DNA of 64,000 nt from Felis catus (taxonomy: Eukaryota), in the NCBI RefSeq assembly GCF_018350175.1, contig NC_058368.1:217994001-218058000 (forward strand), read 5' to 3'. The notes under the pieces were generated by a model that was given only the letters and a program-made list of their open reading frames with translations, was not told the DNA's origin and ran no database searches. Below, one piece after another: positions 23,801-36,759 of the stretch; the first letter of the stretch is position 1; every line of letters begins with the position of its first letter. The translations under genes and the position numbers were made by a program.

Positions 23801-24639
23801 TAATATATGATGTATTTTTCTCATGGATATTGCCATATCATGTTGTGAAACACCAGTGCTCTCTTCACTCTTGAAAATAAAGTCTTTAGTGGCTTTGTAT
23901 GTAATCTGACTAAAGAACAAATTTTAGAAGACACAGAACCAATCCAAAAATCACATTCTTAAAATTATTTTCTCTAGAACCACTTTTGGTAACAAAGTCA
24001 GTATCAGAGAATGTTCAGAGAAAGAGAACTAGTGGGAGATATATATTAAGGGAATCCTATAAATACCTGGTTAACACAATTGTGTGTCCTAGCTATACAC
24101 ATGAAGTCCCTAGGGCAAGGCATATAGAAAGGCTAGCTAGAATTCTTAGGTTTGAACTAAAGCTGCTATCAAGAGGCAGAAGTTATGCCTCTTCAGATAA
24201 GTTTCAGCTCTGCTAACAAAGCCTTTCAACTGATTGAATCAGGTCCACATTATCAAGGATTAAGTTTCCTTTAAAGTCAGCTAATATGATTTAGTCACAT
24301 CTACAAACTACCTTAACACATTATAATACCAAACACATATTTGTGTTTGATTGAAAAACTGGAAAATATAGTTTAGTTATACTGACACAAAAGGTGACCA
24401 AAACTATTACATTTTAGTATTTCTATCTAGAAAATGTAATAAATATTAAACACAAACTAGAGAAGAGAATTTATCTACTTGGCATACTTACCTCTTTCTT
24501 CTATTTTTGAAACATTCTTTGGGTACTTACAACTTTAAGAGTTAGAATACACTATTGTATCAGACCTGTCTTGTGTATCACCTGAAATTCTCTTAGCCCA
24601 CATTTGATCTTAACTATGCTATGGTAACTAATCTTGCAG

Positions 24640-25142
24640 ATAGACATTGGCAGAACCTTGCTTCAATGCCATCATGTCATTTTAGATTTCTATGCCACAC
24701 CTCCTGTAACACTGTGGAATCTGAATTTATAGCAACACACTGGGTTCTTGAACATTTAAAAATCCAACTTTATAAGGAAATTGTGCTCCATACTAGGACC
24801 CCTGACCAATGAGGAAAATGAACCAATAGAGATATGCTTCCCTCTATCTGTAATGTAAATACTTTTTAGGTATTCTCATACAACTCCCCAAATGATCTCA
24901 GCAGAATCATGCCCCAGTTAACTAAAGAAGAAATGAAGTCAATAGCTTTTTTGTTTATTTTATTTCTCTATTTTATTACTCTTCCCCAGCTTACTTGTCT
25001 TCTTCCTCAGATAATTTTTTGCATTAAAATATATGCACTAAAGTTCTATGTCAAGCTCTGTGTTGTTGGAGAAATCAAAACTAATGCACCTGGTACCAAG
25101 GGTGGCCCTAGAAAGACCTTCAGAATGGTATTTTAGAATAGG

Positions 25143-25193
<51 letters not shown>

Positions 25194-25480
25194 AGTGACG
25201 ATAAGGACTCAATTGTTGATAGTATGTACAGTGATAAAACCTTTGGACTATAAGCGAATTATTGATATTTTCTCATGAGGGACAACATGGAACATGGATG
25301 TATGTGGGAGCAGCGGCATCTGAATGGAATCTAGCTGTAATGAGGCTAGGAGAAATAATGAAACTACAGCCCAAGTGCAGCACATGGTGATTTCATACAT
25401 ACAGCTGATGGTTATTTCCCACACTGAACTGCATAACTGAGATAGAAATAGCAGCAGGCAAAACACTCACACTGGTTCTG
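24640..25480 (+). mobile_element. LTR33/LTR16-like LTR (to about 25088) plus start of an ERV3-16A3-like internal region
   Basis: LTR 3' end ...GTCAAGCTCTGTGTTGTTGGAGAAATCAAAACTAATGCA followed by CCTGGTACCAAGGGTGGCCCTAGAAAG leader; contains a (CT)n run at about 25146-25187. Confidence 0.55.
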
Positions 25481-25539
25481 TGACCTGTGGAGTTTTGGCC
25501 ATTATTTTAGAAAGAGCCAAGTCTGAAAATACCTGCTCC

Positions 25540-27422
25540 ATACCACTTGTAACTAAAACACAGAATTCTTAATAATACATGAGTCAAGAAAATCCATAAA
25601 ATAAGTAAGAAAAAAAGACAATAATAGATTTCAAAACATGTACCTGAACCTAAAAGCTCAGACGAAGTTGATAGTTAAATCTCTATATAAGAAAAGTGAT
25701 GTCAGAAGTTATATGATTTATTCTTCACATCGAGACTTTATGGGAAAGCCAAATCAAACTAACACAAAATGTATTAGGAACAAAATAATAAAAGGCAACA
25801 CAAAATTAATGGACTGGTATCATTACAATGGAGAAAATCAACAAAGGAAAATGTTTTTTTAATAACATCCCGGGAAAGATTAATAAAGAAATAAGTGAGA
25901 AAATACAAATCATATAGTCACATAGCAGGATAAAATGCTATATTCTAGAGAACAGAGATGCATTAAAAAATAACTTGGTATGAAAGGAGAGCTTTACCCT
26001 AATACATATAAAATTGGATCAAATAAAAAACAAATTCCTCAATAGCATAACTAAATAAGACTGAAGATTATAGATTTAGTCTGATTCACACTAATTAATC
26101 TATTGTTAAAGATCATCCCAACCCCAAAACAACCTGCACAAATTTATAGCTTCATTGGCAAAACACGTGAAACATTTGATGAATAACACATTTACATTAA
26201 TTCTTAATAGGAATAGAGAAAACATTTCCTGATCTTTCACGAGGCCAGGGTAACCAACCTCAGTACAAAACCCTAATGAGGACAATACAAGAAGGGAATG
26301 TTATTTCCTGAACATAGATGCACACATGTAAAACATATATGAAAATCAAATCCAATAATATATAAAAAGATAAATCAAAGCCAAATTATTTTCATACCAG
26401 ACATATCTATGTAGAACAATATTAAAACTCAATCAATGTAACAGTGATAGAAGCAGAAAAATCTTAAGTCAACATATCATCCAGATACATTAATAGTAAG
26501 GATGGTGAAGAACCAAAGACAACAAATTTTAAAAGGAGCCACAGTAAAGCTACTCATACAAAAGAAACCCAAATATCTGACTGTTCAGTGGAAACAATGG
26601 TGGTCAAAAGGCAGGGTCACGGTGAGTAAAGAACCAAACAAGAATATTAAAAATGATGAAACTATCTTTCAAACATTGAAAGCAACGGGATTCTAGTTTC
26701 AACACTGACATGAAAAAGCTTGGAAGTCTTCAATACCATCCTTACCACAAGAAAGATTTCCAAACTAAGAATCAATAAATTTTCTTGGATCCATCAGAGA
26801 AAAGAGATCACAGACCAAACTGACACTTTGAAATCTGGGGAGACTGGCAAATTCACAACATCACAGAGGAAGCTTACCTGGAGTCGAAGTTCCTGGGGTC
26901 ATAAGCTGGTAGAAACATATAAAAGGTAATTTTGACAAATTGCTGGAGAATGTGTGTGAAACACAGTGAGTGTGAATCTCCTAGAGTTTTTGGTCTTAGG
27001 AGAACCCCATTATTTTTGTGGGGTTTATCTCTAAGAACCCCACTAGTTCCTCAAAAATAAAGGTATATTTTAAAGAAACCTCACCTCGTATCTCTGGCAG
27101 GAAGAGAGGAAAGTAACCATTCTGAAGTATGCTGAGAGTGTTCTCCTTAGCAAATGCCTACTTCCAGTGAGAAAGACATTTCACTTGGTGGAAGGGCATT
27201 TCCTTGACTCCAGCTCCTTCTAGCCTTCCTTTTTAACCTGTGGGAACAGAGAGAATAAGGAAACACTTTTAAAGGTTGCAGTCCGGAAACACAGCCTCAC
27301 TAAGATGCTGAAACCAAATCATTTTTCTCTCCAACTCTTTACCCCTGCATCCAAGGCTCAAGTATGCGAACAGAGGATTATGGCCGAAAGAGCCACAAAG
27401 CTCAACCTTTTTTTAAGAGGAA

Positions 27423-27471
<49 letters not shown>

Positions 27472-27750
27472 ATATATAGTACACCTGAAACTAATGTTTA
27501 CTGTATGTTAACTAAACTGGAATTTAAATAAAAAATTTAAAAAAATAAATACTCTTTAAATAGGGGGCGGGGGAAGGTGGGCTTAGGGAAAACAAGAGAC
27601 ACCTGAGAAGACAAAAAACAAGAACACCTGAGAATCATGAGGCCTCTTCCATTTAATGCTACAGTAAGTCTTAAAAACTGCCCAATGTTAACCCTATGAC
27701 ATAAAATCTCACATGAAAGACTTATTTACATCTGTTCCTATTATGCAATG
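25540..27750 (+). mobile_element. Ancient L1M fragments (ORF2 pieces, then 5'UTR/ORF1-like sequence)
   Basis: A-rich degenerate L1 text (TTTCACGAGGCCAGGGTAACC...GAACATAGATGCACAC...AATCAAATCCAATAATATATAAAAAG). 26930-27400 resembles 30150-30700. Includes (CA)n at 27424-27468 and a short L1 3' tail at 27470-27550. Confidence 0.65.
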
Positions 27751-28300
27751 TTATAAGTTGAATTGTATAGCTAAAAAGATATGTTGAATTTCTAACTGTG
27801 GTACTTGAGTATGACCTCCTTTGTAAATAGGGTCTTTGTGGGTATAATTGTGTTAATCTGAGGTCATACTAGATTATGGTGGGTCAATCCTAATCCAACG
27901 CTTGGTATCTTTACAAGAAGAGGAAAAGTTGAACACAGACACACTTGGAGATAATGCCACGTGACAGTGGAGGAAGACACTGGAGAGATGCATCTACAAA
28001 CCAAAAAATGCCAATGGTTTCTAGTAACAATAAGAAGCTAGAAAAATGCATGGAAGAATAACAACCTTCAGAGAGAGAATGGGACCTTCCAACAACTTTA
28101 TTTTGGACTTCTAGGTTACTAAACTATGAAAGAATAAATAAATTTCTGTTTAACATCACTCAGATTGTGGTGTTTTGTTAATGGCAGACCTAGAATATTA
28201 ATAAAGATCTTGGTAATGAGAGTGAGGTGCTGCTGTAAGAAATACTTAAAAATTTTGAAGTAATTTAGAACCAGGCAATGAGTCTCAAAGTGTTTTGAGG
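27750..28300 (+). mobile_element. MaLR LTR (MLT1B/C-like) followed by the start of MLT1 internal sequence
   Basis: TGTTATAAGTTGAATTGT...GTAAATAGGGTCTTTG...GAGGTCATACTAGATTA...AATAAATTTCTGTT...GGCAGACCTAGAATATTAATA, then GATCTTGGTAATGAGAGTGAGGTGCTGCTGTAAGAAATAC. Confidence 0.85.
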
Positions 28301-30140
28301 TTCGTGATAGAAACTTATTCTAAAGTTTGTATGGAAAGGCAAAAGACACTGAACAGTCACCATGACAATGACAAAAAAAAAAACAACAAATTTGGAGAAC
28401 TGACACTATCTAATATCAAGATTTACTGCAAAACAATAACAAAGATGCTGTGGTATTGGCAAAAACAAAACAAAACAAAATACCAGCTATATGAATGGAA
28501 AATAACCATTTTCTAGAGCACCTACAAATAAATTCATACAGATACAGTCTACCAGTTTTTGGCCAAGGCACAAAGACAATTCAATGGAAAAAACACAGTA
28601 TATTCATCAAACTGTTAGGAAAAATACTGGACATGCAAATGCAAAACAGTTAATCTTGACAAGGAATTCACAAATCTCACAAAAATTAACTCAAAATGGA
28701 TCACAGACCTAAATGCAAAATGCAAAATTGACCAAACTTCTGGAACAAAACATAGGAGAAAACCTAATTGCTCTTAGGTTTCCCAGTGAGTTTTTAGATA
28801 CATCATGATTTATTTAAAATAAAAAAAAAAAACCCTGGACTTTAGTAATTTAAAACCTTTCACTCTGTGAAAAACACTATCAACAGAATGAAAAGCAAAC
28901 CACACATAGGAGAAAATTTGAAAAAAAGATATCTGATAAGTGATTTGTATCCAAAACATGTAAGGACTTTTAAACTCACCGCAAAAAGAATAAAAGTCTA
29001 ATTTAAAAAAAAATAGGCAAAAGATCCGAACAAAGAACATATACAAACAAAACAGTACTCAAAGTAATTTATCAGTAGGGAATTGCAAAATAAAACAATG
29101 AGATGTTGTTGTATATCTATTAGAATATCTGCAATACTAAAAAGAAAACTCAGTAAATCTGACACCACCAAATGCTGGCAAAGATATCAAATGGCATGAA
29201 CACTCTCTCATTGCTGTGAGAATGCAAAACTGCAGAATCTTTAGCCATTTTGGAAGACAACTCGGCAGTTTCTTATGAAAATAGTCTTACAATGCAATCG
29301 GCAATTATGCTTCTAGGTATTTACCCAAGTGAATTGCAAATTTATTTCTACAAAAACAATGCACATAAATGTTTCTAGCAGATTCATTCAAAGCAACTAA
29401 GATGTCCTTCAACATATCATGGATAAATAAAAATACAGAATATCCATACAGCAGGATATTTTTAATGGTAAGAGGAAATGAGCTATCAACTCATGGAAAG
29501 ACTTGGAAAAATCTTCTAAGTAAAATAAGCCAGTTTTAAAAGGCTACATACTGTATGTTTCCAATTAAATGTCATTTGGAAAAGGAAAATTAGTGCAAGA
29601 GTAAAAAGTTCAGCGGCTGCCAGTGGTTTGAGGGTTAAAAAGGAAGGTCTCAACAGAAAGCACAGGGGATTTTGATGGTGGTGAACTATTATTATTATTT
29701 AATGGTGCCTATATGGCATTACGGATACATCAAACACAGCATAAAGAATGAAACTTAATGGACAAGAATTTTCTAAAAAAATAATTTAGGAACTTGAAAG
29801 ACATGAGGAAAAATAGACTTTGACCAGTGAATCTACCTGTATGACAAATGTCTGAAAAAGAAAAAGGTGCTGATATAACTAATTTTGGAAATGAATGGAG
29901 TTTTGAGGACTAAAGACAAAAGAAACTACCCATCAATATGGCATTCTGGTTGCTTCCCATGGAGTAGGGGCTAATATTTCTGATACTACTACACATGTAT
30001 GCTGATAACTGAATAATTAGGAGCTCAGTTTCTCTCTGTTATGCTGGGAATTTACAGATAAGCAAGGAGAGATGCTATAATGATCCAGGTGGTGGATGAT
30101 GATTTAGAGTTGCAGACAGTGGTATAAACTCATGTTTAGC
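28300..30140 (+). mobile_element. L1MC-like ORF2 3' part and 3'UTR
   Basis: TTTGGAGAACTGACACTATCTAATATCAAG (cf. GGLTLPNFK), AAAATTAACTCAAAATGGATCACAGACCTAAATG (KINSKWITDLN), followed by a long 3'UTR. Confidence 0.85.
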
Positions 30141-32560
30141 AGTGCCAGAGTAGGAAAACCTTAACTGTAATTAATGAATTGCTAAAGATTCAGGGTGGAC
30201 AAGTCTGAGAGTTAAGAACTCCAGAAGGATCCAGTCATAGGTGGTCACACACTTTTCTGAGATTAATTTCCAAAGGCTCAACCATATTCCCAGGGAAAAT
30301 ATCGGCGAAATGTCGCCTCTTGATTACTAAGGATTTTGAAGTATATCAGAGTACTCCATTCTTACAGAAGCCTGCTCTCAGGAGAAACTAGTTAACCAGA
30401 ACTCTAACCTACTGGGGTTTTATCAGAGCCTAATTTACCTTGGAGAAAGGAAATAATTGACACTAGTCACCTATGGTCTTCCACATAAAAGGGAACCACC
30501 TAACTTCAGCCCATGCTAGCCATCCTGTATAACCTAAGGTGGAAGAAAAATTAAAAACACTTATGAAGTTCACAGTCCAGAGGCACAGGCTCACTGAAAA
30601 AGTGAGCCCTAATCACAGGACTACAGAATGCTTCCCCTCCCACCATGCCTCACTGCAAATTCCCAAAGGCTTATTTTAAGCAGTTCCCTTTACATGGTGC
30701 ATCAGATCTGGTTATCAAGAAAAAAATACAAATATTACTAAAAGGCAAAAAATTCAACTTGAAGACACAGAGCAAGCATCAGAACCAACATGGCAGGATG
30801 TTAGGTTATCGGACAGGCTACTTAAAGCAGCTATGATTTATGTGCTAAGGGCTCTAAAAGGGACAGCACTGAAAGAACAGATGGACAATGTAAGCAGAGT
30901 GATGGAAATGCTAAAAATAAAAAAAAAAGGCACAAAGATATGCTAGAGATCAAAAACATTATAACAGAAATAAAGAATGCCTTCGATAGGTTTTTTTGTT
31001 TTTTTGTTTTTTCTTCACTAGACTGAACACAGCTCTGGAAAGAATCTCTGACCTGGAGAACATATCAATAGAATCCTTAAGTACCAAAAAGTAAAGAGAA
31101 CATAATGAAAAATAAAAACTGAACACAGTATCCAAGGATTGTGTGGCAACAACAAATGTAGCATTTGTACAGTGGGAAGACCAAAAACAGAAGAAAGAAA
31201 GAAAAGGAAGAGAAGTATTTTGGAAAAAAATGGTGACTGAGAATATCTCCAAACTAATGTCACACACCAAACCACAGATCCACCAAGCTCAGAGAATACC
31301 AAACAGGATAAATTCAAAACAAACAAAGAAAAAAAAAAAAACTACACATAGGAGCATCATTTTCAAATTTCAAAATATCAAAGATAAAAAAAAATCCTGA
31401 AGGAAAACTAGAGGGGGGAAAAAAGCACCTTACTTACAGAGGAAAAAGAGTTGTATCTATTTCTTCCCAACACCATGAGAGCAAGAAGAGAGTGAAGTGA
31501 AATATTTAATGTGCTGAAAGAAAAAGAACTCCAACCCAGAATTCTGCAATGTGTAAAATTATCCATCTAAAGTAAAGAAAAAGACCATTAGACAAACAAA
31601 AATTGAAGGAAATCTTGTCAGTGGACCTGCCTTACAAAAAATTTTAGAAGTTCTTTAGAGAGAAGGAAAATAATAGTTTGGAACTAAGATCTACATGAAG
31701 AAAGGAAGGGCATCAAAAAATTTAAGTAGAGGTAAAATAAAAACTTTTCATATTCTTTATCTGGATTGATCTAATAGCAGTTTGTTCAAAATATAGCAAC
31801 ATTTGGCCCTCAAAAGATAAATCTGGGTTGGAGATATATATTGCATATTTTCCAGCATGTATTTTAAATTGTTAAAAATAATACCAACAAAATATTTGTA
31901 TGTACATATATATACATACATATACAAACACATGCTTATTTATAAGTGAAATGAATCACTAAAGCAATGAAAGTGATGGGAGGAAGGAATTAGAACGTTT
32001 TGTTATTATAAGGTACACTCCGTGTGAAGTAATAGAGTGCAATTTAAAAGTGCACTTGGATTAGCTGTAAATGTATATTGAAAATTCTAGGGGAGCCATT
32101 AAAGAAAAGCTTAAAAATATATAACCGATATCGTGAAAAAGGAAAGAATATAGCATCATATAAAAACACTCATTCTAAAGCACAATAAATAGAAAAAAGG
32201 TGAAATAAAAAACTAGGAAGAAAGAATAATGGCAACAAATAGAAAACAGTAACAAATATGGTTGATATTAAACCCTAACAAATGTGGTTGATATTAAACC
32301 CATCAATACTCACTTTTAGCGTCAATGTCTTAATATATCAATTAAAAGAGACTGTCAAAATGAATCAGAAAACATGACCCAATTCTATGTATTTCTACAA
32401 GGAACCTACCTTAAATATAAAAACACATAAAGGTTAAAAGTAAATACATGAAGAAAGTATGCCCTACTCATGATAATCAAAAGAAGTAGCAGTGCCTATG
32501 CTACTTTCAGGCAGAGCACACTTCAAGAATGTTATCAGGAATAAAATATAATAGAATACC
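30140..32560 (+). mobile_element. Old L1M 5'UTR-ORF1-start of ORF2
   Basis: ORF1-like remnant (ORF 31143-31400 ENISKLM...KPQIHQAQRIPNRINSK...IIFKFQNIKDK); ORF2 start ATTAAAAGAGACTGTC...CATGACCCAATTCTATGTATTTCTACAAGGAACC. Confidence 0.8.
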
Positions 32561-32891
32561 TGTAATCCTTCAGTAAAGCATTCAATAAAATATCCACTAC
32601 AGTACTGTTTGTGAATTGTAAGCCCGTAAATTGAACACTTTATGTAAAAACTACTTATATATTTATATATAAAAATATGTATGTGAATGTACATATATAT
32701 ATTTGTACGTGTAAATTGTACTTTTCTAGAACATGAGTAGTAAAATGAGCACCTTGTTACATCTCATAACAGAAGAAAAGTAGTCTTTTTAATATTCAAT
32801 TCATATCTTGTGTAGTACCTGATTTTAACTCATCTAATCATGCATTACTTTAAAAATAGTAATTAGGGGTTTTTTAATAGCAAGAGGACAT

Positions 32892-33104
32892 CTTTTTAAG
32901 TTTACTTATTTATTTTGAGAAAGTGAGAGTGAGAGAGCATGAGTAGGTGAGGGGCAGAGAGAAAGGCAGGTAGAGAGGATCCCAAGCAGGCTCCGCACTG
33001 TCAGCGCAGAGCCCAATGCAGGGCTTGAACCCACAAACCGTAAGATCAGACCTGAGGCGAAATCAAAACTCCAATGCTTAACCAACTAAGCCACCCAGGC
33101 TCCT
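32892..33104 (-). mobile_element. Can-SINE (older)
   Basis: GATCCCAAGCAGGCTCCGCACTGTCAGCGCAGAGCCC...GCCACCCAGGCTCC. Confidence 0.93.
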
Positions 33105-33400
33105 CATGATTATTTTTTATAATAATCAGTAACTCATAAAAGTAGTTCCTAAAAGTTTACCAGTATTATATAAATTATAAGATGATTTGAGAAAGCAGGT
33201 TAGAGCAGAGAGGAAATGAGATTAGGAAAATTAAAAACGCAAAAAATATGCGGAATAAGAAGAAAAGAAAATTAAAGAAAAAAATAGTTACTTTGTGGAA
33301 TGAAATTACATTGTGATGCTTTGAAAGTTCTTTTATGTATCAAGTAAAGAAGTAATAGATTCATAATTTCTGAACCTTTACCTTCCAGAGAATCTGAAAG

Positions 33401-33457
33401 GTTTGTTGTTGTTGTTGTTGTTGTTTGTTTTGGTTTGTTTTTTTTTTTTTTTTTTTT
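33401..33457 (+). repeat. (GTT)n / poly-T simple repeat
   Basis: Directly visible. Confidence 0.9.
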
Positions 33458-34099
33458 ACAATTTTAAAGGTTAAAATTGTGTTTCTTTCATAAGGGAGAC
33501 TTGTTTATTACAATTAAAAATACTACCATAAGATGAGTAAAACCTTTTCTCCTCCAGGAGGAGAGAATTGGGCTTGAAAGAGGAGAGTAAGTCAATTGAA
33601 TTGTCTTCAAGTATTTATGGGGAAGAGGACCTGGAGGTGGTTAACTTGCTGACATAAGGAAAAATGCAAAGTAATCTGGCTATGCGGCATGGACTTCAAA
33701 GTAGTCTCCCTTCCCCTTTTTCAGGCTGAATATGTAACTCTCTAATTTGTAAACTTGCTGAAATATAGTAAAGAAAATAAGGAAATATAGTAAAGAAAAA
33801 GAATCCCATGTCTATTTCTTATCATTTTCTTATTGTAATCTAATCATTTCCACACTCATTATTTTACTGCAACAGTCTCCCGGTTTACCTGCATTTACTA
33901 GGACTCTTTCTTGCTGGACATTTTGTTTTTCATGTAATATTAACATCTTCTATTTTTATTGCAAGGCTGCACTTTGGTTGTTGTTTTTTTTCTACCTCTA
34001 TTTCTCAAACCAAATTAATGTATTTCTTTTTCTCTTTTTATATTTTAGTAGATGCTCAAGATTTATTTTTCTTTTTCCACAGGGGGGAAAAAACCCAAG

Positions 34100-35792
34100 C
34101 AAACATAATTTAAACTTCCATCTTAGGCAGCAATCATATGTCCCTATACTCAACTATGTAGCCACGTTCTTCAAACCCTTGATGAAAGTTGTATCTATTT
34201 TTTATCACTCACTAATTACTTCACTATAATTGGGACTGCCTCCTCCTACTCCCCCAAAATATACTTTGCTCAGATCAATGGTGACTCATGTGACAGTGAA
34301 TCCTATAGCGGTTTGTACTCCTGGCCACTCTGTTCTTGAAACCTTCACCTTTCTTGGATTCTTTGAGTTCACTCTCTTTTCTTACGTCACTGACTACCTC
34401 TCTCTAGTGCCCTCTTTTTTTTTCTTATCCTTTTTGGGTTCCATCAAATCTTGTGTGCAGAACATGATTCTCCTTATGTCATTTTTTTCCACAATAAACA
34501 ACAGTATGTCAGTGAATTCAATTATCACTTTTATCAGATTTATTTTACTTTAATGCTTCTAGCAAACTCTGTCATCTGAGCTTTATACCTATGTATCTCT
34601 ATTTTTCTATGGCACCTTCCTTTGAAGTCTCAATTCACCTTAAAACTAACAAGTTTGAAATAAAACTCTTGAACTCCCCTTTCCATGTTTTTGTACTCTT
34701 GTGGGGTCCCCTATCTTGAGACATGGCATCATCATAAATATTTAAACTTGAGAACCCAGGAACCAAATTCAACATTTCCCTGTCTCTTCCATTTGTATTC
34801 AAGCTATCAACATTTCTTGGTCATTTATATCCATTGAATCTATTAGCTTTTCTTCCTCTCCTATCTGGCAATTTCCAGCTACCATAAATCTTGGTATGAA
34901 ATATTGTGCCTATGTAGTGGGATAAATCAGTCTATCCCAGTATATACAAGGTTGGCCCTAACTAAGCTATTTCCTCTGTCAAATAGAATCCACTCATCAA
35001 AATTCAGATCTGATCACACTGCCCTCTGCTTAAAATATCTTAGTATCTTTTGTCCTTAGATAAAAAGCAAAATGTATCAAAATAGAAAACAAGATTAGGT
35101 ATTCTAATCCTCCCTATCTAACTTCATGCAAACATATTCCCATCTTGACTTTGGTGCCCCAGATATACTACACTGATTTTATTATTACCTTGTATACTTC
35201 ATGTTCATTCTAGCACAGGGCTTTTCCAAAACACTCGTCTCTCAGACTAGCAATTTCTCATTCATTCCTCCATTTGCCATGTTACTTCTGTTTTGTCTTC
35301 AATTTTATTTTATTGTTTAAACTTTATTTATTTTGAGAGAGAATGAATCCACGAGTGGGGGAGGGGCAGAGAAAGAAAGAGAGAATGCCAAGAAGGTTGC
35401 ACACTGTCAGCCCAGAGCCTGATGTGGGCTCAAGAACCATGAGATCATGACCTGAGCCAAAATCAAGAGTTGGACACTTAGCCAACTGAGCTACCCAGGC
35501 ACCCCTTCTGTCTTAAATCTTACCTCCATTATTTCATTAGGTGATCTTTTGCTGACCTAACTATAATTTGCTTCATAATGCAGTTCATAACACCAAGGGC
35601 CTTTCTATTTAGCACTTTATAAATGACTTTTAATTTTCTATTTATTTGTTTGAGTCTTTGATTAATATACATTCCTTACTAGATCTTATGCTATGTTTTA
35701 TCAGCAACTGTCTTTTCTTTTTTCTTTCATTCTATTCCCAGTATCTAGAAATAACCTGAAAGGTGAAAGGTGTCCATAAATATTTGTGAAAT
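34100..35792 (+). mobile_element. L2 LINE 3' region, interrupted by a SINE
   Basis: Pyrimidine-rich L2-like sequence (CAGATCTGATCACACTGCCCTCTGCTTAAAATATC) ending GTCCATAAATATTTGTGAAAT. Confidence 0.7.
35303..35505 (-). mobile_element. Can-SINE (older)
   Basis: GAGATCATGACCTGAGCCAAAATCAAGAG...CTACCCAGGCACCCC. Confidence 0.93.
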
Positions 35793-35863
35793 ATATTAAA
35801 TGAAGAGACAGATAAATAAAATAAGGTACATGTAGTCACTAAATTTCTTATAATTCACATAGA

Positions 35864-36759
35864 CAGTAAAACCTTGGTTAGTTTGCAAGCATAATTCTTT
35901 CTGGAAATATGCTTGTAATCCAAAGCACTTGTATATCAAAGCAAATTTCCCCATAAGAAATGGAAACTCAAATAATTTGTTCCACAACCTGAAAATATTA
36001 TGTAAAAATGATTAGAACTTTGTAATATAATACAAAATAATAAAGAAAATACAAACTATAAGGAAAAACAAACTAACTTGCACTTGACTTTGAAACACTT
36101 CATGACTGGTGTGAGGGAGACAAGAGAGAGGAAGGTTACTGTGCAGGACAACTTTCACGATCACTAACAGAATCACTGCATTCTATTAATCAATGGAATC
36201 TCTTTCTTTTCATGCAACATTAACAATCACACTTGCTTTTGCCTCCTTTTGAGGATTTCATGGAGATGTGACATTGCATTGTGGTTAAACAGATTCATTG
36301 CTCGCACTGCTACAGCCTTAGCTGGGTGGTGTTTTTCTGCAAAATTTTGTGCTGTTTCCAACATTTTACACATCTCCCTAATCTCATTTGAAGTGAGGGA
36401 TTCCTCACCTTTTTTTCCTCCTCCTCTGCAGATGAGATCTCTTCCATAACCTCTTGCTGTCGCTCATGATGCAACAGTTGGATGCCAGTTGTGGGCACCT
36501 TCCAACGTTCTGAAAATCACTGATTTCTGCTAAATACTGTAGCCTGAGACTGAGCATCCGAGTATGGGAGATGATCACCCACAATCCCACAGGGAGAGAG
36601 AGAGAAGCAGCATTGGCTTAGTTGTGATCATGTGACATTCAGCATCACGTACTACTTGTATTGCAAGACATCACTCGTTTATCAAGTTAAAATTTATTAC
36701 ACATGTTTGCTCCTCTTGAGGAACACTCACAGAACAAGTTACAATCCAAGGTTTTACTG
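35864..36759 (-). mobile_element. TcMar-Tigger DNA transposon, internally deleted, with both terminal inverted repeats
   Basis: Perfect 14-bp TIRs CAGTAAAACCTTGG (35864-35877) and CCAAGGTTTTACTG (36746-36759); minus strand retains a Tigger transposase C-terminal peptide NFAEKHHPAKAVAVRAMNLFNHNAMSHLHEILKRRQKQV. Confidence 0.9.

Larger units (their letters stand above)
17702..24405 (-). mobile_element. Near full-length degenerate ERVL provirus: MLT2-type LTRs (about 17702-18096 and 24000-24405) flanking gag-pro-RT-RNaseH-IN remnants
   Basis: LTR end CCAAGTTGACACATGAAATTGACCATCATA followed by the PPT complement GTCTACCTCTT; leader complement TCTAGAACCACTTTTGGTAACAAA at 23973-23996; RT remnants IPGVIAEVRGTTEDLEDAGV and PVWLVKKVD...KINWLVTPIATAISDEV...GTWYASI in ORFs 21126-21771. 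Confidence 0.9.
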
